NCBI GenBank assembly: GCA_036732755.1
Contig: DAINBU010000006.1
Span: 26,688 to 86,768, forward strand
Source of the DNA: Planctomycetota bacterium
GTDB lineage: Bacteria > Planctomycetota > B15-G4 > SIAN01
Direction: 5' to 3'
DNA: 60,081 nt
Positions 1 to 9,759 of this stretch are shown here, one piece after another. Below the pieces are notes generated by a model that ran no database searches, was not told the origin of the DNA, and saw nothing but the letters and a program-made list of their open reading frames with translations. Numbering within the stretch: position 1 is the first letter of the stretch; every line of letters begins with the position of its first letter. The position numbers were made by a program, and so were the translations under genes.

Positions 1-166
1 GCTCCAGCCGTCGCGCACGAGGTTGAGCGAGCCCACGAGCGAAAGCGCCGCGCCTCGACTCACGCTGGACCTCCTCGCGCCCTCCCGCGACGCTCCCATC
101 TTGGCGAACTTCTCCCGCATGCGCAGGCCGTCGGTCGGCTTGCGGCGTCCCGACCGGCCCGATCCA

Positions 167-2152
167 ATGCGCGTCATGGGTCCGATGGTGCGTCTCCTCG
201 TCGCCGGCCTCGCGCTGACCTTCCCGGGCGCGGGCGGGAGCGCGCACGCGCAGGAGCCGCGACCGCCGCGCGACTGGTTCGTCGCCGTCGACGGCGACGA
301 GCAGGGCGACGGCACGGCGGACCAACCGCTGGCGACGCCGCAGCAGGGGCTCGACCGCGCGCAGCCGGGCGACCGCGTCTTCGTGCGGCGCGGCGTGCAC
401 CGCGGCCGCATCGTCGTCACGCGCGGCGGCGCGCCCGGTCGGCCGCTCACGCTCGAAGGCGAGGAGGGCGCCGTCCTGGACGGCGGCGACCGCTTCACCG
501 ACTGGGTCGCGGCGCCGGAGCTCGGGCCGGGCGTCTATCGGAGCCCTTCGATGAATTACGCGGCGCGTGCCGTGAGCTGGCGCAGCCGCACGATCCTCGA
601 TCTCGGCAGCGGCTACACGTACACGGACGATGTCGCGCGCGAGATCCTGAAGAAGCCCCCGACCGACGCGTACTGGACCGGAGTCGAGGCGCACTACGTC
701 GTGCTCGACGGCGCGCCGCTCGTGCGCTTCCGAGAGAACCGCGATCCCAACCGCGAGGAACTCGCCTTCGCGCCCGCCGAATCGGCGACGCTCCGGCTCG
801 CGTCGGTCAGCCACGTCGTCGTGCGCGGCTTCGAGGTGCGCAACGCCTACTGGTGCGTCGCGCTGACCGGCGCGAGCGACTGCACCGTCGAGCGCTGCTT
901 CGTCCGCGCGTTCGGGAAGGCGGGCGTCGTGGTCGAGGCCGGCGCGAGCCGCAACCGGATCGTCGACAACGAGATCACGCAGGACTACGTCTACCCCGAC
1001 TTCGGCCACCCGTGGGCGACGGCCCTCCACCACCACATCTGGACGGTCTGGAAGGACCTCTGTCCCGGCGATCGGATGGGAGTCCGGCTGCAGAACGACT
1101 TCGGCGACGAGAACGAGATCGCCCGCAACCACGTCTTCCGCTGCTTCGACGCGATCGTCGCGAAGAAGGGCGGCCGCGCGACGCGGGTCCACCACAACGT
1201 CGTCGAGAACGTCGCCGACGACGGCCTCGCGCTCGACGGGACCGAGATCGAATCGCAGTGGCACGACAACCTCGTGATCGAGGGCGGCAACTGCGGCATC
1301 GTCGTCGACGGCTACGCCCACACGAAGGGGCCGATCTACATCTATCGCAACCGCGTCCACCACACGCAGGGCGAGAACCCCGGCGACGGCATCCACTTCA
1401 AGAACGCCTTCCCCGCCGACGTGCGCGTCTTCGTCTACCACAACAGCTTCTCGGCGAACGGGCCGAGCGTCAGCGCCAACGACTGGACGGCGGCGGGAAG
1501 CAGCCTTCCGGGCGTGACCGAAGCGCGCCACCTCTACTTCATCGACAACGTCTTCGCGTCACGCAGCTTCTATCGCGGCTGGCCGAACTGGCCCGAGCGC
1601 GGCATCGGCCGCTATGCGTCCAACTGGGTCGGCGGCGACAACGCCGGCGAGTGGCGCGGGAAGGACTTCTTCGCGAAGAGCAACGTCGTCGTCCACGGCG
1701 ACCCGACCGAGTGGCCCGCGACCGAGCCCGCCTACCAGGCAGGCGTGCATGGACTGCCGAAGGCGCTCGATCTATCGCGCCCTTCGAAGGTCCTGGGCGA
1801 CGATCTCCCCGCGCTCCCCGGCCTCGTCGCCGATCCCTCCGGCAAGGTCCCGCGCGTCGGGGCCGTCGAGCGCGACCCGCCGAAGCTCGCGCGGCCGACC
1901 GCTCTCAAGGCGACGCGCGCCGGCGCCGAGATCCGCCTCACGTGGGTCGACCCATCGGGTGGCGCCGTCGTCTACCTGGTCGAGCGCAGCCTCGACGGCG
2001 CGGTCTTCACCACGGTTTCTCGCACCGCGCCCGGCGCGGCGGCGTTCGTCGATCGCGATCCGCCGAAGGGGGCGCGCTACCGCGTCCGCGCGGCCGACTT
2101 CTCGACGGCGTGGCTCGGCCCCTTCTCCGAAGTGGCGCGGGCGCCCGACTGA
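167..2152 (+). CDS. Secreted right-handed beta-helix protein (pectate-lyase-like fold) with a C-terminal fibronectin-III-like domain
   Basis: The long ORF has a signal peptide (MRVMGPMVRLLVAGLALTFPGAGGSAHAQ) starting at the internal ATG at 167. Repeated beta-helix-like segments are visible (NAYWCVALTGASDCTVERCFV, NRIVDNEI, NVVENVADDGLALDG). The C-terminus looks Fn3-like (EIRLTWVDPSGGAVVYLVERSLDG..YRVRA). The upstream part of the ORF from 23 is probably not translated. Confidence 0.55.
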   Translation: MRVMGPMVRLLVAGLALTFPGAGGSAHAQEPRPPRDWFVAVDGDEQGDGTADQPLATPQQGLDRAQPGDRVFVRRGVHRGRIVVTRGGAPGRPLTLEGEEGAVLDGGDRFTDWVAAPELGPGVYRSPSMNYAARAVSWRSRTILDLGSGYTYTDDVAREILKKPPTDAYWTGVEAHYVVLDGAPLVRFRENRDPNREELAFAPAESATLRLASVSHVVVRGFEVRNAYWCVALTGASDCTVERCFVRAFGKAGVVVEAGASRNRIVDNEITQDYVYPDFGHPWATALHHHIWTVWKDLCPGDRMGVRLQNDFGDENEIARNHVFRCFDAIVAKKGGRATRVHHNVVENVADDGLALDGTEIESQWHDNLVIEGGNCGIVVDGYAHTKGPIYIYRNRVHHTQGENPGDGIHFKNAFPADVRVFVYHNSFSANGPSVSANDWTAAGSSLPGVTEARHLYFIDNVFASRSFYRGWPNWPERGIGRYASNWVGGDNAGEWRGKDFFAKSNVVVHGDPTEWPATEPAYQAGVHGLPKALDLSRPSKVLGDDLPALPGLVADPSGKVPRVGAVERDPPKLARPTALKATRAGAEIRLTWVDPSGGAVVYLVERSLDGAVFTTVSRTAPGAAAFVDRDPPKGARYRVRAADFSTAWLGPFSEVARAPD

Positions 2153-2171
2153 ACGAGTCCGGCGCGGCGGC

Positions 2172-3041
2172 TCAGTGTCCGCCGGGCTTCGCGCCGGGAG
2201 CGGGGCCGGGCTTGATCCCGTCCATCTGGACTTTCGGCCGGTCGACACCGTCGCGCAAAGGGGCATCCTTCGCGTCGCGCCACCACTCGACCCACTCCTT
2301 CGCGCGGTTGAAATGGACGCCGCCGGTGAGTCGGGCGAGCGCGTACTGGAAGTCGTGGCGGACGTCGAGGAGAAGCTCTTCGTCGATCAGTACGCGCTGC
2401 TTCTGCTTGTCGATGAAGCCGGTGCCCACCGAGGAATAGGCGAGGATGAGGTTGCCGACGATCCGCTTGCGGGTCGCCTCCTTCTCGCCGAAGTACTCCC
2501 CGAGTGCGCCGGCCGCGGCGATCAGCACCGGCTTCCGCTGGTCGGAAATGGTGTACTTCTCGAACCGCTCGATGTACTGCACCCGGCGGTAGGTGCCGAG
2601 CGCCTTGATCCCCGCGGCCAGCGTGATGGGCGCGTCGTGGATGTGGGAGAGGTCGAGCCACCGCTCCAGCATCTTGTCACCGTCCTCCGTCCGCGCGTCG
2701 AACTGGGCGAGGAGCTTCTCGTGGAACTCGGCGGGCAGGCGCGGCGCCTTGATCGCCTTCTCGAGCGCGTCGGTGATCTGCTTGCGGCCGTTCTTCGCGG
2801 TCGCGAGCGAGTCGCGCGTCGGCGCCTCCTTCGGCGGGTCATTCGGAGCGAGCTGCCGGCCGAGCTCGACGTAGCGGGCGACGAGCTGCGAAGAGGTCTT
2901 CAACGCCTCGTCGAAGCGCTTCGCGTTGATCGCCGACTGGAACGCCGCGGTCTGCTCGGCGACAGAGCCGGTCGCCGCCTTCGCGCCGGAATCCTGCGGA
3001 CTCGAAGCGCCGAGGAGCGCCGCGACGACGAGACCGACCAT
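2172..3041 (-). CDS. Hypothetical secreted protein
   Basis: A 289-aa ORF with an N-terminal signal-like hydrophobic stretch (MVGLVVAALLGASSPQDSGA). Its composition is more balanced (K/E/D-rich) than the surrounding shadow ORFs. I recognise no family. Confidence 0.5.
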   Translation of the reverse strand: MVGLVVAALLGASSPQDSGAKAATGSVAEQTAAFQSAINAKRFDEALKTSSQLVARYVELGRQLAPNDPPKEAPTRDSLATAKNGRKQITDALEKAIKAPRLPAEFHEKLLAQFDARTEDGDKMLERWLDLSHIHDAPITLAAGIKALGTYRRVQYIERFEKYTISDQRKPVLIAAAGALGEYFGEKEATRKRIVGNLILAYSSVGTGFIDKQKQRVLIDEELLLDVRHDFQYALARLTGGVHFNRAKEWVEWWRDAKDAPLRDGVDRPKVQMDGIKPGPAPGAKPGGH

Positions 3042-3111
3042 GGGAATCCCTCCACGGCCCCCGGCCGATGCTCGTCCGAAGGCGCGCGGAATCTAGCGCG
3101 CGGTCGGCGTT

Positions 3112-3774
3112 TCAGCTCCCGCCGCCGGTCGTCGCGCCGCGGCGGGGCCGACGGACGGCCCGCACCTTTCCGCTGCGTCCGCCTCCGCAGAAGAAGAGGT
3201 CGCCGCCGTCGGACTCGAGGCCGGAGACATTGACGCCGGCCGGCAGGTCGAGCCGCTCGAGGACCTCGCCGTTCTGGGGATCGACGCGCCGCAGCTCGCT
3301 CACGTCGTCTTCCCAGGTGCCGTGCCAGAGCTCGCCGTCGACCCAGGTGACGCCGGTGACGAAGCGGTTCGACTCGATCGTCTTGAGGATCGCGCCCGTC
3401 TCCGGATCGACCTGGTGGATCTTGCGGCTCTGGTACTGCCCCACCCAGAGCGAGCCTTCGGCCCACGCGAGGCCCGAGTCGTTGCCGCTGCCGCCGGGCG
3501 CCGGAATCGTGGCGACCACGCGGCCCGTCGCCGGATCGATCTTCTGGATGCGACCGGCAGCGATCTGGAACAGGTGGCGGCCGTCGTAGGCCGTGCCCGC
3601 GTCCGCCGCCACGTCGATCGAGCGCTCGAGCTTCCCGCTCGCGGGATCGAAGGCGTTCAGCTTCTTCCCGGACGCGAACCAGACGTTGCGACCGTCGTGC
3701 GTGACTCCGTGCACCTGGTCGCGGTCGGGAAAGGGTCCGTACTCCCGCACGATTTCGGCGGCGGCTCGACGCAT
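3112..3774 (-). CDS. Glutamine cyclotransferase-like beta-propeller protein
   Basis: A 220-aa ORF with repeated W/G-containing blades (GRNVWFASGKKLNAFDP, GLAWAEGSLWVGQY, VTGVTWVDGELWHGTWEDD) typical of bacterial/plant-type glutaminyl-peptide cyclotransferase. I assigned it by family memory only. Confidence 0.5.
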   Translation of the reverse strand: MRRAAAEIVREYGPFPDRDQVHGVTHDGRNVWFASGKKLNAFDPASGKLERSIDVAADAGTAYDGRHLFQIAAGRIQKIDPATGRVVATIPAPGGSGNDSGLAWAEGSLWVGQYQSRKIHQVDPETGAILKTIESNRFVTGVTWVDGELWHGTWEDDVSELRRVDPQNGEVLERLDLPAGVNVSGLESDGGDLFFCGGGRSGKVRAVRRPRRGATTGGGS

Positions 3775-3783
3775 GGCCCCACC

Positions 3784-5004
3784 TTAATCCGCCGGCCGCG
3801 ACGCGGGGAGCAACAAGGTCGTCGCGAATCCCGGCACGGGGGGCATCAGCCACCGCCGCGCCCGCCCGCGGCCGAACGACTGCACCTTGCCCGCGGCCGC
3901 GAGCGGGTCGAGCGCGCGCTGCACGGTGCGCTGGCTCGTGCCGAGCACGAGCGCCAGCGCCGAGCTCGACCACGACTCCCCGTCGGCGAGCAGGGCGAGC
4001 ACGTGCGCGTGCTCCTCCTCGACCGGTCGCGCCAGAACGACGACTTCACGGGCATTTCGCGGCGCGAGCGCGAAGCCCCGCTTCGTCGCGCTCACGACGG
4101 CGAGCCTGCGCAGCGCCGCGCGCAGCCGCCCCATCTCGACGCGCAGCCGCGCGCGATGCGAGGCGTCGACGAACTTCGAAGCGAAAACGCGCGCCACGAG
4201 CACGTCCCTCGGCACGTCGCCCGGCCACGCCTCCCCCAGCGCGCGCGCGAGCGCGAAGAGGACGGGACGCGTGGCGAGCGCGGCCATCTGGACGTCGTCG
4301 TGCACGACGTTGCGGCACGCGTCCACGACGAGCACCTTCGAGGAGCGCAGCGCCTCGACCTCTTCGAGGGAGAGGAGCCGCTCGCCGCCGCGCGCGATCC
4401 GGCGCGCCGCGGGTGCGTCGAGGACGCGCCGCGCGCTCTCCACTTCCGCCGTCAACGCCGGGATTCGCGCGAGCTCGGCGGCGCGCCGGGCCCGGGCGAG
4501 CGCGGCGCGCGCCGCCTTCGTCCGCGGGCGGCGCAGCGCGATCCCGGCGACCACGAGCTCGTACGCGGTCCGCGACGCGGGCGGGAGGGCGGCGGGGTCG
4601 AGCCGGGCGAGCGCGCGCTCCGCCTCGTCGACGCGCCCGATCAGGAGGAGGCGGCGCGCCTCGAGGTACCGCGCGAAGGCGGCATTGACCCGGTCGCCGT
4701 GCTCCTCGAGCGTCGCGCGCGCCGTGTCGAGCGCCGCCGAGGGACGTCCGAGGTCGCGCAGGACGAGCGCGATCTCGGCGTCGGCGACGACGCAGCGCGC
4801 CCGCGCCAGCGACTCGCCCGGACCGAAGGCGCGCGCGGCGCTCTTGAGGAGGACCTTCGCGCGCGCGAGATCGCCGAGCTGCGCCATCGCGATGCCGCGC
4901 AGCGCGAGCGCCGGCGCGTCGTCGCGCAACGCGATCCGCTTCAGCGCGCCGAGCGGATCGCCCCCCGCCAGCGCTCGCGCGGCGGCGGCGATCGGCGCGT
5001 CCAT
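3784..5004 (-). CDS. Transcriptional regulator with a C-terminal helix-turn-helix
   Basis: The internal start MDAPIAAAARALAGG lies at 5004. Upstream of it the ORF overlaps the DUF899 gene on the other strand. The body is Ala/Arg-rich with TPR-like helices. The C-terminus has an HTH-like segment (LALVLGTSQRTVQRALDPLAAAGKV). It is divergent from the DUF899/DUF2182 pair. Confidence 0.5.
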   Translation of the reverse strand: MDAPIAAAARALAGGDPLGALKRIALRDDAPALALRGIAMAQLGDLARAKVLLKSAARAFGPGESLARARCVVADAEIALVLRDLGRPSAALDTARATLEEHGDRVNAAFARYLEARRLLLIGRVDEAERALARLDPAALPPASRTAYELVVAGIALRRPRTKAARAALARARRAAELARIPALTAEVESARRVLDAPAARRIARGGERLLSLEEVEALRSSKVLVVDACRNVVHDDVQMAALATRPVLFALARALGEAWPGDVPRDVLVARVFASKFVDASHRARLRVEMGRLRAALRRLAVVSATKRGFALAPRNAREVVVLARPVEEEHAHVLALLADGESWSSSALALVLGTSQRTVQRALDPLAAAGKVQSFGRGRARRWLMPPVPGFATTLLLPASRPAD

Positions 5005-5095
5005 CGGAATCCCGTCACGCTTGTCACTCACCGCGCTCTCCGCCTTGCGCTTGATTCTCCCATGTCCGACACCCCCCCCATTGGAGATGAGAGTC

Positions 5096-5896
5096 ATGAG
5101 CAAGCACCTGATCGGAACGCGCAAGGAATGGCTCGCGAAGCGGCTCGAGCTGCTCGAAGCGGAGAAGGAGGCGACGCGCCGCAGCGACGAGCTGGCGCAG
5201 CGGCGCCAAGAATTGCCGTGGGTCAAGATCGACAAGGAGTATCGCTTCGAGACCGACGCCGGCGCCGCCTCGCTCGCCGACCTCTTCCGCGGGCGATCGC
5301 AACTCCTCGTCTACCACTTCATGTTCGGGCCCGACTACCAGGCCGGCTGCCCGTCGTGCTCGGCGATCGCGGACGGCTTCAACGGCATCGCCGTCCATCT
5401 GGCGAACCACGACGTCATGCTCACGGCGGTGTCGCGCGCGCCGTTCGCGAAGCTCCAGGCGTTCCAGAAGCGGATGGGATGGACCTTCCCGTGGGCGTCC
5501 TCGTACGGCGGCGACTTCAACCCCGACTTCAACGTCTGGTTCGACGAGGAGCAGCAGCGCTCGGGCGGCATCGAATACAACTACAAGCGCGAGCCGGCGG
5601 CGGCCGGACCGGCCCGCGGGAAGACGATCGCGGAGTGGCAGCAGCGCGGCAGCGAGGGGCCCATCGCTCTGTTCGCGGCGGCGGCCGGGACCGACGCGGA
5701 CACCTACATCCGCGAGCGGCCCGGCATGAGCGCGTTCGTGCGTGAAGACGGCGTGATCTACCACACCTATTCGACCTACGCGCGCGGGGTCGACAGCCTC
5801 TGGAACATGTACCAGTGGCTCGACCGCGCCCCCAAGGGACGCAACGAGTCGGGCCTCTGGTGGCGCCACCACGACGACTACGGGAAGAAGAGCTGA
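5096..5896 (+). CDS. DUF899-family thioredoxin-like protein
   Basis: The real start is MSKHLIG at 5096, preceded by GGAGA about 8 nt upstream. The rest of the 669-aa ORF upstream is a shadow. It has the conserved CxxC (YQAGCPSCS) and the aromatic-rich C-terminus typical of DUF899. Confidence 0.65.
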   Translation: MSKHLIGTRKEWLAKRLELLEAEKEATRRSDELAQRRQELPWVKIDKEYRFETDAGAASLADLFRGRSQLLVYHFMFGPDYQAGCPSCSAIADGFNGIAVHLANHDVMLTAVSRAPFAKLQAFQKRMGWTFPWASSYGGDFNPDFNVWFDEEQQRSGGIEYNYKREPAAAGPARGKTIAEWQQRGSEGPIALFAAAAGTDADTYIRERPGMSAFVREDGVIYHTYSTYARGVDSLWNMYQWLDRAPKGRNESGLWWRHHDDYGKKS

Positions 5897-5904
5897 GCCC
5901 GGCC

Positions 5905-6693
5905 ATGGCGACCGAGCGGACCGAGCGGACCTTCTTCGGCGTCTCCGCGCTGCTCTTCGCGGCCAGCACGGCGGTGACGATCGCGTGGTGCGGGTCGATG
6001 CCGGCGACGTGCGACCTGCCGATGCCCGGCGGCTGGACGCTGTCGATGGCGTGGATGCGCATGCCCGGCCAGTCGTGGCTCGCGGCCGCCGCGTCGTTCC
6101 TCGGCATGTGGGTCGTGATGATGGTGGCGATGATGCTGCCGTCGCTCGTCCCCATGCTGCGGCGCTATCGGCTGGCGGTCGGCGGGACGCGCGTCACGAC
6201 GCCGGGCTGGCGGACCGCGCTCGTGGGAGCGGGTTACTTCTTCGTCTGGTCGCTGTGGGGCGTGGCCGCGTTCCCGCTCGGCGTCGCGCTGGCGGCGGTC
6301 GAGATGCGGCAGCCGGCGCTCGCGCGCGCCGTCCCGTTCGCGATCGGCGGCGTCGTCGTGCTCGCCGGCGCGCTGCAGTTCAGCGCGTGGAAGGCGCGGG
6401 CGCTCGCCTGCTGTCGCGAGTCGCCCGGGCCGGGCCGCGCGCTGCCGGCCGACGCCGGCACGGCGTGGCGGCACGGACTGCGCCTCGGCCTCCACTGCAG
6501 CCGCTGCTGCGCCGGCCTGACGGCGGCGTTGCTGGTGCTCGGAGTCATGGACCTGCGCGCGATGGCGGTCGTGACGGCCGCCACCACCGTCGAACGCCTC
6601 GCGCCGGCCGGCGAGCGCGTCGCAAGGGCCATCGGGGCGATCGTCGTCGCGTCGGGTCTGTTCCTGGTCGCGCGCGCCGCCGGCGTCGGATGA
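5905..6693 (+). CDS. DUF2182-like polytopic membrane protein
   Basis: The start MATERTERTFFGVS lies 9 nt after the DUF899 stop. It has several hydrophobic helices and Cys clusters (CCRESPGPG, HCSRCCAG). DUF899/DUF2182 gene pairs are a recurring arrangement. Confidence 0.55.
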   Translation: MATERTERTFFGVSALLFAASTAVTIAWCGSMPATCDLPMPGGWTLSMAWMRMPGQSWLAAAASFLGMWVVMMVAMMLPSLVPMLRRYRLAVGGTRVTTPGWRTALVGAGYFFVWSLWGVAAFPLGVALAAVEMRQPALARAVPFAIGGVVVLAGALQFSAWKARALACCRESPGPGRALPADAGTAWRHGLRLGLHCSRCCAGLTAALLVLGVMDLRAMAVVTAATTVERLAPAGERVARAIGAIVVASGLFLVARAAGVG

Positions 6694-6817
6694 CGCGGCG
6701 GCGCGCGCCGGTCCGCGGACCCTGAAAACACAAAGGCACCCGCGCCCTCACCGCGCGGGTGCCTCGACTTCGATCGCGGCGGCACGGAACGCCAGTTCGA
6801 GCCGCCGCGGACGACGC

Positions 6818-7327
6818 TCAGTGCGGGAACACCTTCAGCAGGTCGAGCGTCGTCACGATTCCGATCGGGTGCCGACTCGGGTCGACGACGATCGCGCGAT
6901 GGACCCGCGCTGCCGCGAGCCTCCGCGCCACCGTCGCCGCGGTCTCCTCGGGCGTGGCCGTGACTGGGTCGATCGACATCACGTCGTCGACCGTGCCGAG
7001 CCGCGCCACGTCGATCTCGAACGTCCCCACACTGTCGGCCATGAGGAGGTCGAGCCAGTCTTCGCCCGGCCGCGCCTCGATCGGCCCCTCGAGCAGGCGC
7101 CTCAGGAGATCGGTGCGCGAGACGACGCCCAGCAGACGGTCCTGATCGTCGACGACCGGGGCCCCCGAGATCTCGTTCTCGTCGAGCATGCGTGCGAGGT
7201 CGCGCAGGCTGTCGCCGCTCTCGGCGCAGATGGGCTTGTCGGTCATCACGTCGCGCACGTGCGACGGGCCGCGCTTCGCGGCGGGCTTCACTTCCGGCTT
7301 CATGGCACGCTTCACGGCAGTCTTCAT
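6818..7327 (-). CDS. CBS-domain pair protein
   Basis: The internal start is MKTAVKR. It has two CBS-like segments (ICAESGDSLRDLARMLDENEISGAPVVDDQDRLLGVVSRTDLL and TVDDVMSIDPVTATPEETAATVARRLAAARVHRAIVVD). Confidence 0.55.
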   Translation of the reverse strand: MKTAVKRAMKPEVKPAAKRGPSHVRDVMTDKPICAESGDSLRDLARMLDENEISGAPVVDDQDRLLGVVSRTDLLRRLLEGPIEARPGEDWLDLLMADSVGTFEIDVARLGTVDDVMSIDPVTATPEETAATVARRLAAARVHRAIVVDPSRHPIGIVTTLDLLKVFPH

Positions 7328-7475
7328 GGGGGTGCCCTCGTCGGTCCACGGACGAACCGTAGGGCCGAACGCAACGCCTGTTCCCGCGATTCCCGCCGCG
7401 GCCAACGCGCGCGATCCAGGACGGATGCGAGAACCTCCGCAGACGACCGCGCACCGCTCCCCACCTGGACGGCGG

Positions 7476-8009
7476 TCACTTCTCGACGTCGTTCCCTTCG
7501 AAGAGGGTGATCACGCGGTTCTCGAGACTGCCCGGCCGCTGGAGGTGGACCGAGGCGGTGAGGCGCAGGGCGTCCTTGGGACCCGTGAAGCTCAGGACGA
7601 CGCTCTCGAGGAAGCGCTGGCCGACTTCGAGCTCGGGCAGCAGGCCCGGGAAATGGGCCGAATCGACGGGGAGCTCGACGGTTCCGAGCGGCGGAATCGA
7701 GACGCCGACGAGGTCGCTGTCGTGAGCAAGGACTTCGGAGAGCCCGTTCGGGCCCATCGCGAGGACGTCGCCGAGGACGAGCGTCCGCGTCATGCTCTTG
7801 TTGACGAGGAAGAGCGTCGTGTTGGTCTCGTCGTGGTTGCCGTCCAGGTCGATGTACTGGGCGCGGACCTGCATGGTGTGCCCGTTGCCGTGGTCGGCGG
7901 GGGCCGCGGCCGCTGCCGCGCTCGCTCCCTGCGTGTGGCTCAGGAGGGCCGAAGATCCGACGAAGAGCACGGGGAGAAGCACGAAGAGCAGCGCGCGCCG
8001 TCGGGTCAT
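7476..8009 (-). CDS. Hypothetical secreted protein
   Basis: A 177-aa ORF with a clear signal peptide (MTRRRALLFVLLPVLFVGSSALLSHTQGASAAAAA). The mature part has mixed composition. I recognise no family. Confidence 0.5.
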   Translation of the reverse strand: MTRRRALLFVLLPVLFVGSSALLSHTQGASAAAAAAPADHGNGHTMQVRAQYIDLDGNHDETNTTLFLVNKSMTRTLVLGDVLAMGPNGLSEVLAHDSDLVGVSIPPLGTVELPVDSAHFPGLLPELEVGQRFLESVVLSFTGPKDALRLTASVHLQRPGSLENRVITLFEGNDVEK

Positions 8010-8142
8010 GGTCGCCTCCGGGGAGTGGAACGAGAGGGGATCGAGGTTCCGGGCACGCTCGGACTCGCGAGCGCTTGCGACGGATCATTCCCGCGCGCGG
8101 CGGACTTGACGAGGGGTTCGTGCGCGCGGATCGAGGACCCGG

Positions 8143-9399
8143 TCAGCGCAGCCCGAACGGGATCAGCCAGCGCCGATCGGCGCCGGCGCGCGTGAGCAGG
8201 ATCGACAGCACGCCCGGCGCGCCCGTGAGCAGCGACCGGTCGGCGCCCATTCCTTCCACATAAGAGAGGTTGCGGAGCAGCAGCTCTTCCAGGAGCCTCG
8301 CCTTCCGCGCGGCTGCGGGAAGACCCGCACTCCGTTCAAAAGCGTCCGCGAGCGCGAGCATCCCCGCGATCCCGTGGCAGAGGCCGATCTGCTCCGGAAC
8401 GTCCGCCGCGCGATCGACGCCGGGCTCGACGCGCTCGCACCACGACTCCATCGCCGCGAGCGCGAACGTCGTGACGTCGCTCCTGCCGAGGACGCGCCCG
8501 CTCTCCCACAGCGCCCACGCGATGCCCGGCGTCCCGTAGCACCACGCCTGCGGCGACGGCGCCCGCGAGCTCGGCGCGTCGCCGTCGAGGCTCGCGTGCG
8601 GCCAGGCCCGCAGGCCGGTCCGGTCGACGTACGACCGGGCGACGAGCCAGTCGGCGATGCGCGCGAGCGCGACCCGGGCCCGCGTCGTCGGTGCGACGCC
8701 GTGCCCGAGCGCCGCCGCGAGCGCGAGCGCCACGCCCGCGACTCCGTGCGCGACGCCGGTATTGATCCGCCCCTCGCCCCACTTCAACCGCGGGTCGTCC
8801 TGGTCGCGGCCGAGCCGGAATGCCGCGAGCTCGTCGTCGCAGAGCGCGAGGAGCTGGCGCACGCACTGCTTCGCCAGCCGGCGCCGCGGCTGCGCGCCCG
8901 GCGCGTCGAGCCGCCCCGATGCGACGAGAGTGAGAAGCAGGCCAGCGGGTCCGCGGACGAGGTCGTAGTCGAACCAGCGGACCTCCTTCGACCGCCAGCA
9001 GTCGCGCGGCAGCGCCTCCGCGATCTGCTCCCACAACGACGCACTCACGCGCCGCAGCCGCGGCACGGTGCGCATCGCGAATGCGAGCCCCGACAGCGGA
9101 CCGGTCGGACCAAATTCGAGCGCGCCGGACCGGAGCGCCTCGCTCAGCCGCTCGAGCCAGCGCTCGACCACGCGCTCGTGGACGGGACCGCCGAAGCGTC
9201 CGGCGGCGAGCGCGGCGAGCACGAGCGGGCCGGGATCGCAGGTACCGCTCGACGGCTCGAGCTTCCCCTCGCCGTCTCCGTCGCCGGCGCAACGGTCGAG
9301 CGTCCGCCGGACGAGCGAACGCAGATCGCGATCAGGACGGTCGCGCCGCGGAGCGGCCCTCGTGACCGCAGCGGCCCCTCGCGCAGCGCGACCGTTCAT
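8143..9399 (-). CDS. lanC: LanC-like lanthionine cyclase (standalone)
   Basis: A 418-aa ORF carrying the three LanC zinc/catalytic motifs in order: GVAHGVAGVALALA (GxAHG), WCYGTPGIAWAL (WCxG), and GLCHGIAGMLALA (CHG). It begins 7 nt after the stop of precursor gene 1. Confidence 0.8.
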   Translation of the reverse strand: MNGRAARGAAAVTRAAPRRDRPDRDLRSLVRRTLDRCAGDGDGEGKLEPSSGTCDPGPLVLAALAAGRFGGPVHERVVERWLERLSEALRSGALEFGPTGPLSGLAFAMRTVPRLRRVSASLWEQIAEALPRDCWRSKEVRWFDYDLVRGPAGLLLTLVASGRLDAPGAQPRRRLAKQCVRQLLALCDDELAAFRLGRDQDDPRLKWGEGRINTGVAHGVAGVALALAAALGHGVAPTTRARVALARIADWLVARSYVDRTGLRAWPHASLDGDAPSSRAPSPQAWCYGTPGIAWALWESGRVLGRSDVTTFALAAMESWCERVEPGVDRAADVPEQIGLCHGIAGMLALADAFERSAGLPAAARKARLLEELLLRNLSYVEGMGADRSLLTGAPGVLSILLTRAGADRRWLIPFGLR

Positions 9400-9406
9400 C
9401 CGCGGC

Positions 9407-9586
9407 TCAGTAGCCGTGGCAGTGGCCGCTGGGCCCGCAGAAGAAGTAGGTACTGCCGCAGTTTTGCGTCCCCTTGCCGCCCTTCGCCGGGGCGATCCGC
9501 TCTTCGAGCTTCTCGATGAGGAAGCGCTTCCGTTTCACGACGTCGTCGGACTTCGGAGCTGGGGCACGGATGTTCTTCGAGGACAT
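9407..9586 (-). CDS. Lanthipeptide precursor peptide 1 (59 aa)
   Basis: The internal start MSSKNIRAPAPKSDDVVKRKRFLIEKLEERIAPAKGGKG forms the leader. The core is TQNCGSTYFFCGPSGHCHGY (3 Cys, 4 Ser/Thr, C-terminal Tyr). The conserved 5'UTR CCCGAAGGGAGAAC-GACATG is shared with the other two copies. The 93-aa ORF upstream of this ATG is a frame extension. Confidence 0.75.
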   Translation of the reverse strand: MSSKNIRAPAPKSDDVVKRKRFLIEKLEERIAPAKGGKGTQNCGSTYFFCGPSGHCHGY

Positions 9587-9759
9587 GTCGGTTCTCCCTT
9601 CGGGTTTCGGGCAGCGACTCGGCGAGGGAGACGACACTGCCCGCTCCGATCGAAGGTCGATTCGCCGCCGCGGGCCGGAACGGATCACGACGGTCGCGCC
9701 GCGGAGCCGTCCTCACGACTGGAGCGGCCCCTCGCGCGGCGCGACCGTTCTTTCGCGAC

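Noticed and set aside
3322-5896. 807-aa and 669-aa plus-strand ORFs
   Set aside because: They are shadows opposite the regulator gene (3784..5004 -). Only the last 266 codons of the 669-aa ORF, the DUF899 gene from 5096, look like protein.
9396-9716. 106-aa minus ORF
   Set aside because: It is a read-through frame containing the degenerate copy of the lanC N-terminus produced by the tandem duplication. It has no start codon in the right context and overlaps precursor 1.
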